Of a stretch of DNA of 64,000 bases, positions 17,301 to 29,400 are shown in pieces. The position numbers were made by a program, and so were the translations under genes. Under the pieces are notes generated by a model that worked only from the letters and a program-made list of their open reading frames with translations, made no database searches and was not told the origin of the DNA. The DNA comes from Zygnema circumcarinatum SAG 698-1b. Taxonomy: Eukaryota; Plantae; Zygnematophyceae. The stretch is taken from positions 2,232,001 to 2,296,000 of the forward strand of contig CM074813.1 in assembly GCA_037447605.1 (NCBI GenBank), read 5' to 3'. The stretch's first letter is position 1; each line of letters starts with the position of its first letter.

Positions 17301-19241
17301 CTTTCATTCCCCACTCCAACTGTCCCTTTCTTTCCCAATCCTCTTTTCTCTTTACTTCTTTTTCGTCCCTCCTCTCTTCTTCTTCCCCATTAGTTGCTCT
17401 CGAGTTGACTGCCCTCTTTCCCATTGGAAGGGGAGGGGGAGGTAAAATAGGTTCGCCTTTTCTTGGGAGGGCTGGACCAGAGGGCTTAACTAGAACTATT
17501 TAGAAGTTAGATTGACGTGCTATGTAGCCGACAACCCAAACAGCACTTTTTTGTTAGGTTTGTTCTATGCCTTTTCTTAAATGCTGAAAGCCTTTTACTC
17601 AGTTTTCCTCATAACATGACTGCCAACCACTTCTCTTTTGACCACTCATCCTTAAGCTCTCATCATAGCAGCACACACACACACACATTACAGTTCTCAT
17701 TATAGCAACATGTTGCAATTTGCTGCAGGATTTCCATAGAGATGGCCCCGCACTCGGAGAGAAGCTTCTCCCTCAGCACAACTACAAGCTCGACGCGAAC
17801 GCCCTCTCGGGGCGCCATTTTGGAGAGGTGATGTTTCCAAATTGCCGACTTTGGTTGTGGCTAATCTAGTTCTCTTTTACTTATTTGCTGGGACTATATC
17901 ACTTGCATTCGTGTGAGGTTATCAAGTTACATCCGCATGTAGAAGAAATACAGTCCAGCTGAGGCCGTTAGAGCAGTAAGGATGGGTGGGAGCGTGACAT
18001 AGCACTACTTATTGTGTGGGCGCTCAGAGGCGTACTCGAATAGACTCATGAATTGTGGTCTATTGCAGGCTGAGAATGTTGGAGTGCTGATTGAGGAGGG
18101 GGCTGGAACAGGTGGAATGCAGGGACTATCGCGAATCCATTTTGGGGGCAATGCCTCATAGTTGGGTGAGCCTTTCCCTTTGAAAGCTGTGATTCCTAAT
18201 GGACATTTCATGCCGAACAATATTGGCAATGTGGTGCTTGTGTTGTCATGTTGCGTGCTTTGCTAATTAATTTGGAAGCCAGTAAAGACCAACCCATTTG
18301 TTTGGAAACACTTGTGCATTGAAGGCAGGTCCAGTGGAAATTTCTATGTTGAGCTCTCACTTTATGAATTGGGTGTTGATACATTTTCATGAATCGCAAC
18401 TCTTGTGTTGGTCCTGCGCATTTGAAATCCATTCTGGAAGTAGAAACTGACTACGCTCTAATTGTACTGTCATCTTTGTAACTGAAATGCACCCTATGGA
18501 GCTCAAGATGGAGAACTCAGCCTGTACTTTTTTCCGGACCTTGATTGCATCTTTTCACTGAATCCCATCCATTCAACCGACGATGAGTTTGTATGTCTGT
18601 GTAGTTGTCTGTTGCTCGCACGTCTTTATAATTTATTTTGAGAGACTTANNNNNNNNNNTGATTCTGCTGTGTGGGTATTCCAATGCAGGAGAGGAGGGA
18701 AAATACGAAGTTTGAGCTCGCCCATTTTCGCAAGCATCGCAGGCGCTCTCACAAAGCTCAGCCGAGCTCGTCCTCCTCCTCCGCCCCCCATGGAAAGCCG
18801 AGCAAGCTGACAGCTGGCAAGGATGAGAGGAATCTTGTTGCAAACGCCGTACAAAAAGTTGTCAATTTCGCATCGTCAGGGAAGGTCAAGGTGAGATTGT
18901 AACCTCTGGGGAGTCTCTTTCGCTTCAGAACTGCTCAATTTAGTGGCTTCATACCCAAGGGACAGGTCCAGTATGTGGGCCAAAATGTATGCACACTCTT
19001 GGAAGGGGAGAGACTGGAGAGAAGTCTAGTCATTGTTGTAGTCATTACTATCGTTTTTCATGTTTAGTTGTTGTTGAGGCAAGTATTGTTCAAGTTTCCT
19101 GCGTGCGTTGCCTTGCAGAGAGCGGTGGGAGCGGCGCATGGAAACCTAACGGGCCACTGGTGGGCGCCTAACGCCATTGTGGTCCATCTCAAAGAAGGCA
19201 TCGAAGCCATCCACCTCTACAGCGGCCGCACCATCTGCAAG
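14321..19241 (+). CDS. NERD1: FG-GAP repeat protein, NERD1 (At3g51050)-like; 3' part missing at an assembly gap
   Basis: Exons 14321-14383, 14764-14928, 15949-16209, 16519-16638, 16835-16915, 17116-17226, 17729-17827, 18112-18165, 18690-18890, 19119-19241 (426 aa). Matches family motifs MRKRDL, HEG.F.FKEAWF, DLNGDG, PQHNYKLD, HWW.PN...H.KEGIEAIHL..GRT.CK. Confidence 0.9.
15093..15432 (+). repeat. Templated copy of NERD1 exon5/intron5 (15148-15378) flanked by a 55-bp direct repeat
   Basis: Direct repeat at 15093-15147 and 15378-15432 (2 mismatches). The insert matches 16875-17034. Confidence 0.9.
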
Positions 19242-19329
19242 GTGGGGACATTTCAGGGGATGTAGGGTTCAAGGGGCTTTCATGTTTCGCAGAGGATGTT
19301 TCAGTGTCATTCCAGCAATACGTAACTGA

Positions 19330-19429
19330 NNNNNNNNNNNNNNNNNNNNNNNNNNNNNNNNNNNNNNNNNNNNNNNNNNNNNNNNNNNNNNNNNNNNNNN
19401 NNNNNNNNNNNNNNNNNNNNNNNNNNNNN
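19330..19429. other. 100-N scaffold gap (another 10-N gap at 18650-18659)
   Basis: N run seen directly; NERD1 coding sequence does not resume after it. Confidence 0.99.
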
Positions 19430-19693
19430 CCATCCAATTACTGAAAAATCAGACTCGACGGTAGAAGTGTTGGGAAATGATGAAGCAAGGTCTCCACAAA
19501 ATTCTCGTCCGTACGTGCACGGTTTCGTCCGTACAGTCCATATTTACGTGTTTTTACAAAACCCAGTTAGGGGACAGTCCCCTATCTTAAGCCGAAATCC
19601 CCTATTTGAAGAGGCCTGCACATTACCAACTTTCAAAAGACCCGTCCGTACGAGTTCGCCGCGATCCTCAATCCGGCGGCTCGTCCACCGTCA

Positions 19694-19854
19694 CGTGGCG
19701 TAGGCCCATTGGCACTGGTGCCACGCGGCACATTCCCATTGATTTTATTAGACACGTGGCACGAGCCCATTGGCGAGTGTCGCCACGCTAACGGCCAGCA
19801 TTCATGACGTCAGTTGCTTACGCAGGCTCCATACACGTGACAATCGGCTATTGG
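19694..19854 (-). promoter_or_regulatory. Three ERSE-like composite motifs upstream of MED12
   Basis: CCAAT-N9-CCACG at 19694-19712 and 19755-19773; CCAAT-N9-TCACG at 19836-19854 (all - strand, each continuing into a CACGTG G-box). Confidence 0.7.
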
Positions 19855-20474
19855 TTCAAGCATCGTCAACGGGTCAATCCTCTCGATCTGGTCGCCCCCA
19901 TTTGGATCCACCCCGGAGCGCCGACTTTATCCGCTCAGATTTTAATTCCACTGGATTTCCATGGGGCTGCTTGATGATTCGTTTATACGGGCACGTGGAT
20001 CAAGAAAAGTTGATGTGAAGTGTGGATCCGTTCTGGGTTAGGGTTGGCGCATTGGCGCTCGCTGCAAGTGGGCGAGGACGCGGGCGTTATGAGGGCGCCG
20101 CGGGGCGGGCGGGCAGGCGGAGGGAGAGGGAGTGGGAGAGGGAGAGGGAGAGGGGAGAGGGGCTAAGGCGCCAGCTGTCTCAGAAAATGCGCTCGGCCAT
20201 GGTGCCGTCCTGAACCCTCTCAAGCTGTCGCTGTCCACCTGCGCTGAACCCTGAGCCCCCCGCAGCAGAGTGACTGGAGACTGGCGGGAAAGACGCCTTG
20301 TCGATTTTTTAGGGTTTGGAAGTAGTGGCCGCGGAGCGCTTGAAAATGCTGGCGCATTTGGGGGACGCTGCCACGTGCCGATATTGCTGGAGGGAAGGTG
20401 GTGCCGGCATGGCCGGTCCCTTGTGAGGTCGCAGGGAAGGGTCTTGGAAAGGGGGTGCTGGTGGGAGAGCAGCC

Positions 20475-23400
20475 ATGGCACGATTCGCTGGCAGCGTGCC
20501 AGGTGGCAGCCTGAGGGACGGTCGCGGACCTGACGCTCATGCTAACTTTTCTCGGTGAGGAGCTTTTTACTCTACTTTCCCTTCTGGCCTTTGCCCTCTT
20601 TGTTTTTATTTACCTTCCCTTCTGGAGTCCCTCCGGGTTTCATGCACATTCATACGGCATGAGGCTCCATAGGGAGTTTCGTGTACCTCTTTTGCTCCCA
20701 GTTTCTAGTTAGGGTGACCCAAATATGAGATAAGTTCTAGACAGCATTTCGACTACACTCTCCCTTCCAAACCTGCACTGTTCAGATTATGTTTCACAGG
20801 AATCACTGCAGACATGGATTGAAACTCAGAGATTCTCTTCGATTGACCTTTAGGGAAAGCTTTGCTGATCTCCTCTTTAAGCTTCCAGCAAAGGGAAAAG
20901 ACTTGTAGGATGCATACTATTTCGTGAAGTTTATTGCATTGAAAACTAGACTTGCTCTGGGGAAAGTAAGAAGATCTGAAGCGCTTTTTGGAGGAAACGA
21001 GTCTCCTTTATCTCATGCTGGTATACCTGTTTCTACTTTCCATTACAATATTTTCTACAGGCATCGGAGTACGCTCTCACCTAAGCCCCTACGGGCCTCC
21101 ATGATGTTGAATGCGTAGCGTTTGAGAAGAAACGGCCGTGTTTGAAGATCAAGGGAATGCTTGCTCAATCTGTTTAATTCTCCTTCCCTTCCATCCTTTT
21201 CCTTAACCCGAGTCTCGCTGTTAAATGTAGGAGGACGGCGGCTGTGGTGCCCTTCAAGCTGACCTGTGACCATGAATCTCTCAGCAGCAGGTGAGTCGTC
21301 TTTGTCCGAGTTTCTTTTCTCGCCAAATCCACCGCAGTCGTGTTCTGCATCGATGGTATCCATTGGCAAACACCATTAAACAGCCAATTCCTAGGTGCAA
21401 CCCCTAATATTCGCAAAGGGAAGGCCTACAAGCTCCATCATGCAGCGTGCCACCTGGCAGCTGAGACAGGAAGTGCTGAGGAAGCAGGAAAGATGTAGTA
21501 CCGAAGGTCAACCCCTCTGGTTTATGACACTGTGGATAGGTCGTCCGTGTTGGATAGAGATCTGTAGTGTTGAGGATGGGTTTTCACTTCAGCCACCTGT
21601 GATAAGTTGGAACCTGTAGACTTTTTTCCTTAGATATTGTCCAACCATTGCCCATTTTGATGTCTTGACATCTATGTCAGGAGATTGCAAATTCAGACAA
21701 GATGGTCCGGCAATTTCCATATCAAGTGAAGTATTTCCATTTCAAGTATAAAACTAGCTTCCTAGCGTTGTTTAGCTCCCTAAACATGCTGGAGCTGTTC
21801 CTATAGGCCCTGTTCAATTGATTTCTCCCAAGGGAATGCGTTGAAGATTTCACATGGAGGTACCTTGCTGCTGCAATTCATAATGATGACTAAAGGACTC
21901 TTTATGTGTGGGGGCTTCAGGTTGGGCCCCCCTGACTTCTATCCCCCAACTGCTGATGACGAGGAGGAGATTATCAGCAGAAGCACTATACAAATGGGGT
22001 ATAAGGAATCTGTGGAAGGCATTGAGGTGGGCAAGTACTTCTACAGTTACATTGTCATTTCAATCGTTGCAGAACTGAGGGTATTCAGAAACGAATAGTC
22101 CATAATTGACTAACAGCCTGTATTCTCTGTTCGTATTGAGAACTCGGCTGCTCAGAAAGCTTGTCTACAAGAGCCCAACGAATTATGTGTTTTTTGCCAT
22201 AGGTCAGGAGAAGAAGTTCAGGATGTGCACTCCCGTTGTATAATCTTTTTGTTTGAGCTATTGTGACAAGCTTGAAGTAGTGTAATGATCTTCAAAGCCA
22301 ATGCTTAACAAGTACCTGGAAATATCGCCGAGAAGGTCTGCCGAATTGGGAAAATATGTTTTCTCTAGGATGGAACGGCAGTCGCAGTGAAGATAATCAG
22401 TGTTCCTTTGGGAGTGCAGGAATCCAAAGAAGTGGGATACACGCTGGTCAGCCCGTCGCAGCAGTGGAGCAAACCGATTGTGGCACGGCATCGGGATGTG
22501 AGTCCATGCTGTTGACATTTCAGTATAGATGTGTTGGGTGTGCATGTACCCATCTTGTGCCGCATGAAGGCACCCGCACTGAAGAGAAGCAGGCCGAGCT
22601 GGCCAACCTGCAATGGTGTCAGATCTAGAAGTGTAGGAAGGTTGAGGTGGTAGGAGAGAATGGGAGAGGGAAGGAAATGAGAAAGGAGAGGGAGAAGAGA
22701 GGAGAGAGATGAGAGGAGATGAACCAAGAAGATATCCAAGGAATGATTAGTGCAAAGGAAAAGCTATTCCTACGGAATCATTTTCACTCTCTGGGACGGG
22801 GATCATAATGCATTTTAGCATCTGTCGGTTGTCATGTTGTCTATGGTCGATTACAGGACTCAAAGGAGGCCCTCATTTATCCAATAGCCTTGATTGGAGG
22901 AGAGCTGATAATGTCCAAATCGCGATTTATGCCAAGAGATTTATTGCTTGGCTTTGGTGGAGTCGCGATATGTGAAGGTTGACGGACATTTGAACCGGGT
23001 ATGGGGACGCTTCGTTTGTGGGGGGAGGGCTTCAGGTTATACGCAAAAAGCTACGAGCGCTAAATAATGCTCTCACTCGTAAACGGAAGGTGCGGACTTG
23101 AACAGATGGTATTGTTATCACTGTTTTTCATGTCTTTTGGTTTGCTTCCTTCTTTACACTTTTGGTACTAGGTTTAATTCTTACCTTTGTCCAGGTGGGC
23201 ACCGCTTAGTTATTCCAGATTTAAATTAAACTACTCGAGGGCTTCCGTTTGTGGGTATTTCAATGGGCTGCAGGCAGGGCAAGTATATGGGGTGCCCCTT
23301 ACGGGTCCACTGCTCGGGAAGCTTGGACTTTACCCCGAGCAGAAAACGTTCGGAGAGGAGTTCAGGCGCAAGTGGATGGAAGTACGTGAGGGAGGAGAAG

Positions 23401-26400
23401 CAAGCGAAAGAAAGAAAAGCGGTCGATTTCTTTGTTTGCATGGAATGATATCTCCAAACTCAAAAAAGAAAGTAGCAAATGAAGGGTCTTCTCTGTTTTT
23501 TCTGTTGTGAAATTCGGATTTTGGAAGTTTTTTCGCGCCAAACCAGCCTCTTACCCCATTTTATCCAACTGATACAAGAAAAGGGGGGTATGCAGGACCT
23601 TGCTGGACGAAAGAGGCTTAGAGTGTTGGGAGAATCCGTCCCACATGGGTTCATCCGCAAAACTCTGTTTGAGGCTCTAATTCGTTATAATGTTCCTCTA
23701 TTGCGTGCCACTTGGTACATAAGAACTATCTATCTTAACATGGTACTATACGTCTCACTTTCCCTCTTGTTGGGCTTTGATCCTGTAGATGCAACCTGAA
23801 GTTTCTGCTTTATTTACCGCGCTACCTGAGTCCATTTGCCCAAACTATCGATTTTGGACAATGAGATTAAGGGACGAAGGATGGAAAGCTGTGTCACACA
23901 ATGTTCTAGATTCTGATCTTCAGAGAGTAGGGCAAGACATCTGTAGATGCAGAGCAGAATTATCGATCTGAGTTGTTGTCCTTTTAACAGGGAGTGATTT
24001 CGAATTGAAAATTAAAGAGGCATTGCACAATAGGCTTATGGATGGCTTAATCATTGATGCATATGTTGTGCAGTGGACGCAGACGCGCCCTATGGGCCAA
24101 AATGCAGCGGGAGACAATTCTGCTGCAAGACGCCATGAGCGATGGAAATTGGATCTTCTGCAATATGCGGAAAGTCTGCTTAATAATCTTTGCCGAAGCA
24201 GCAATGTTAGTAGCAATGCGGGAGGGGTAAGGGAGCAAGGACTGCAGCCGGGGGGAACGGAAGCTTCAAATGTAAGCTCTGGAGAGGGAGGTGGGAGCGA
24301 AGGGACAAAATCGGAGGCAGCAACGAAGTGGAGTTATCTGCTAAGGCTTGCTTTGTGGCACTGCTCAGAAGGGCTGCTGCAACGCCCACAGCTGCTGGAG
24401 TGGGCAATTGCCCAAGTTCAGGTATGTTTTTCAGGAAACATGCTTGCATGTCTCGCATGAAATGCATTTCTATTTTACCTGCGTCATTCAACTCAAACTT
24501 TCCTTTGTCGGTCGTTCGTTTTCCTAGTTGGATTGTTTGTGGTCTTAACTTTTTTGGATGGGTTTTATGGAGATTGCAGGAGAGAAACTGTGTTGAGGCA
24601 CTCGAATGCCTTCTCCCAATGTTGCAGCAGCTGACGTCATGCGCCACACTCTCCCAACGGACCACATGGAGCCTGACAGACCTCTGCCTGCATTGGCTTC
24701 GAATCTTGTGCCCAAGTGGTCACCTCACTGGAGAAAAGTTGCAAACCACAACTGAAGATAGGTTGCTTACTCCCTCCTTTTTCTCGTTGAGTAAGTCGGC
24801 TGCGCGTCCGAGTGGCTCAACATCAGCCGCCTCCCCGGGAGAAGCTGCTCCATCTTCCCGCCATGAAACATTGGCCGGATGCTTGGCAGAGCTGCTTCGT
24901 TTCCTTCTAGTGTCTACTCCTGACTCGTTTGTAGCTTACGACTGCTTCCCTCTTCCACACTGTGTCTGCTACCCAATAGGCCATGATTGTCCGGTTGTCC
25001 TCTCTGCAAACGCAGCAGCGGATGGAGATGATGGCAGAGGGAGCAAAAGCATCGAAGCTGGAGTTCGAGCAAGTGAAGGAGAGACTTTGGGCGTGAGTGA
25101 GAGAGACGTGATTGGAGAGGATAGAGGGGGGTTGTTGGAAGGATCAGTTTGCTATGACAGACCTCCAACCGCACAGGAGAGAACTTCTTCAGAGCTTGCT
25201 GCTTCCATTAGTAGCCGAGCTGCTGCACTTGCAGCTGCGGTCAGTCCCGGAATTCTTCGAAGCAATGAAGGGCAGGCAGTGCAGTGTCTGGATAAAGCTT
25301 TTTTGCAGGGTGACGTGGCGTCTGCCTGCAAGTGCATTTTTGATGATGCCTTCTGTTGTGCAATTCGAATGGGGCTGAAGCCGCAGGAGGAACTCGCTAT
25401 GTCAGGCTACCACACCGCACTGTCTGGCGAAATGCAACTGAACTACATTGCAGTGCAATTTTTATGCGAATGGGCCGTTTGTGATTTTCGCAACTGCCTT
25501 TACGATGACAATGATGAGTCGAAGAAAGGGGAGGTGGCAACTTCAGACTGGCCACGGGTATATATGGCTGTTTCAATCCTGCGTTACAGGATCAGAGAGA
25601 TGGCAAAAGTCTCTAGTCTATCCACAGGAGAAGGTGAAGGTAAAGGAGTAGCCGGCACAAGTAAGGTGAGAATCATGAACAAGACCGAACGGGGGGCAGC
25701 GATCGGAGAGGATGCACCTGGACTCATTCATGCACTACTTTCTCGGTGGCTAGATGCCCATCTTTTGCGAGGCAGACCTAGGGATGAGCGGTTGAGACAG
25801 CTTTTGGCTGAGCTTGTGAGAGAGGGAATTTTTTGGCCGGAGGTTTACCTCGGTCAGCAGGTGGCAGATGGGGTGCTGGACGGTCGCCAAACAGCAGAAC
25901 AGAGGAGAAGGGCAGTCCAACATCGGATTTGTTTGCGGCATCTCCCGCCCCCCCCTTATCTTGCTGACTTCGTTGATCCCATTCCGGGAGTATCTGAAAC
26001 ATCTTGGATAGATGTTGGGGGGCAAGGAGGAGGTGGGGCAGCAACACTTTTAAAAACTGTTCGGGAAGGTGTGAGAACAGACTCTTTGAATTGGGGGGAG
26101 GGAAGGAGTGAAAAATTGGCAGCATTGGGACAGGGTTTAACCAGATGCTCAAAAAAGAGAATGCCAGATATTGCATTACAGGAATTTGCAAGGCAATTTG
26201 AGAATGAGCGCCACTTGGCATTGTATGGAACTGCACACAAGCGACGGAGGGTCGCTTCTTGGAGTGAACAAAATGATGAGAGTGGCAGAGGAAATGCAAT
26301 TGCCGATGAAGAAGGAAATGTAATGATAAGCTCGCCATCTGTCCCTAACCAAGGCTCAGCAGGTTTGGTAGACAGAGAAGGAGGGGATGAGACTGCTGAA

Positions 26401-29400
26401 CCATTTGGTGCATCTTGGAGGGATAATGTAAGTTCCAAAAAAGAAAAGGGAAAGAATGGTGGCTGCCGGGGAAAGCAGAAGGGACAGTTGACACCCTTGA
26501 TTCAAGAGATATGTGAAGTTTTGTTGCTGCCTGAAGCCTGCTGGTTTGGAGTTAAAGCGGACAGACAAGGAGCTGAAAGCGGTATCGCGATAGAAAGAGA
26601 CCACCGAGAAATGGTTAACCTTACGAAATGCGCACGAGTACAGGCATCCTTTACAGAAGAACGGATGCCCGATGCAATGGCTGGTAAGGATGGTCTGTGT
26701 GAAGAAGATAATGAGGAAGACGAAACATGGTGGATGAGGAGAGGGCAGCAGGAGGGACAGGGTGGAAAGGGGGTGCAAGATATTGAGTCTCAAGAAAAGG
26801 TCGCCTTCACACCTATTCTCTGCTCCACAATACCAGAAAGGGTGGAGATTGGGGAAATTGGCAAAAGTGACGAAAGGACTGCATCTCCGTTGAGTGTTCT
26901 CCATGCGATGCACCAAACTGCAGTACTGTCTGCAGAGAGTGGACCTCCTTCTCAGGAAAGGAGGGCGTCTGAACCCGACCATTCTGGCAGGGTTTCTGCT
27001 GAGATTGGAAAAGGAATACAGAAGCTGAGGATTCGTGATCGGAGACGCTTGGCTAGATGGGTTGACTGGGCGGTTCGAACTGCTCTTTCTTCTGTCGATG
27101 GAGTTTCCACCATTGAAGCTGCAGGCGAGATGGAGCAGGTTGAAGGTTTGGTGTCTGTATTAGATGGTGAAAGCTTGCAGACTGCGGTTGGTCCAAGGAG
27201 TTCGGAAGTTGGAGGGGCACTCGGAGAGGCTTCAGCAAAGTATGGCAGAGTCAATGGAAGGCTGGGACTGAAGGGAAAGGCTACAACTGGACGTAATATC
27301 CTTCCCGAAACGTTCGTTAAAGGAAAGCTGACGGGAGTGGATGTTAGGTTGACGGGTGAGAGAGCAGGGGGGGAAGTCTCTTCAAGGCTCCCGCCTCGCT
27401 CCCCCACACTTACAGCCGAAGCAGTTGAAGTTAATGAGCGAGAAGAGTGGAGATTGTGGGATGAACAGCTTTCCTGGGTGATATACGTGTTGGATACTAC
27501 AGGGGATTTTCGGACTCTGGTCGAACTGCTGCTCTTTTTGCTTCCGATAGCGGCTTCTTCTCATTCTGCCGGATGTGGAGGGAAGCTGAGAGAGCGTGGG
27601 GGCGAGGTTGCTGCCAAAGCGGGAGGCAGGTGCTTGGTTGGTGAACCAATGATACTATCCTGCCTGAGAAGGTGAGACGAATGCACTGCCAAAGTCAGAA
27701 ATGGGAGAACTGTCAAGTTTTTGTCGCTGTGGGTGTACTACGGGCGTTTGCATTCGAGCTTCTTTCATTCCTCTATTCGGCTATTTTAATTTTGAGGAAT
27801 TTTCCGATGTTACCAATTCGTGTATCTTCGATGGTCTCTATATAGCTCTTTCTGAAGTTTAGAGTGCTTGCCAGCCATTGAATGTGACTAAAGTCCATGG
27901 AAGCAACTAACAAATGTCAATTAAAACTGGTGCAGGTACGAGAGCTTTGTGGCAGCCATGGATATGGTGCCGCAAGCACTGTCTGCTGCTATGCAAGCAG
28001 CTGCAAATACCTTCTCTGCAGGGAGCAGTACTCCGATAGGGTTGTTTGTCTATATCAAAGAGCTGCTTGCTCGCTATGGGAACCTTCGGCCCGTACAGTT
28101 GTGGGAGAAAGAATGGCGTGGAAAGTATGGGGCGCGCCTTGCAGCTGAGTTCGATGCTGTGAAAAGTGGAGAGGGAGAAAGGGTGAATAAAGCTCTTGTT
28201 GGAGAAGAAGGGAGGGACAGTGCCAATCTTGGGGTCACTAAAGGCAACAAAGTAGCCGTAACAATGAGAGAGGTGATTCATCGAGCCTTGAATGAAGCCG
28301 TTCTTAGCGTAGCCATGGCGGGAAGAGCAAAACCTGCTCACAAAAGGGTGGCTGGTGAAGAAAGCAGGGGTGGTCAAGGGGGGCTTCCGACTGGAAAAGT
28401 GGGGACTGAGGAAATTGGAGGGGAAAAGCTGGAAGCTGTTTCCGCAGCAAGGGAGAGGCATCGGGCTGAGGGAGTGTGGCGATCGTGTGATGTTTATGTT
28501 GAAGCAGAGAAGGCGGCAGCAGCCCTTATGGAAGCCATAAAACAGGTGCAGACTGGGGCGGGTGGGAATTCAACAGAGGCTTCATCTCTGACAGCAGCTG
28601 CTGTTGCATTGGTGGGAAGCACAGTGAACTCCACAATAAGTGTCCTGGAAACACTGCGGGCGGATGGAGACACAGGAGAGGAGGGGCCGGGAGTAGCGAG
28701 AGAGGCAAGCGAAGGCCATGGCCTTAAACAGACGTCGTCAGGAAAGAGTGGGAGTGCACAAGCCTCTACAGGACACCACTCAGCAATTGTCAGTTCCACT
28801 GCTGGAGAGTGTGGTAGATTAGTCTTAGGAATGCATTGGCATTGTTGGCGTAAGGTGAGAGAGCGCCTTGGAAAGGCACAGTGTCGGTCGTTTGATGCTG
28901 CTGTGATTGGTGAGGCAGCAGCTGTAGTTCAAGGCAGCGTAGGACTGCCTGCAGGCAATGGGAGGCAGCCTTTGCAGTTGTTCCGTATGTCCCCTGAGAC
29001 ACCGGAGCTCAGCTCTGCTTTGGCAGGGGAAGTGGGGTCTCCCCCTCCTACTACGGCGGGAGGGGGGGGAGGGAGTACTGCCGCTGCATCAGTTGGGGCA
29101 GCCCTTGTTGCGGGAGGAATTGTGTTGGGACTTGCAAGTTTAGAATCAACATTAGAGCACCTCAAACTTACGGAAGGCCTACGTGAGTTAAAGGTGGGGT
29201 TTGAGGGAGGTGGTGCAACTGGAGAGAGGAACAATGCTGGAGGGACAACTCTGAACTCGGGTGGAGTGGGCCATACTGTGGAGAGTGTGTCAGGAGCATC
29301 TTCAGAAGCGTGTCTCTTTTGGTTTCGTGCGCTGCTGACAGAGGGGAGAGGAGTGGGAGACGGACTCTTCCAAGCCCTTATGGGTCCTGCGAATTCACTC

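Noticed and set aside
24914-29234. Many antisense and alternate-frame ORFs over MED12 (also over RRP1, the SpoU gene and CPN60B)
   Set aside because: Expected shadows of long GC-rich coding exons.
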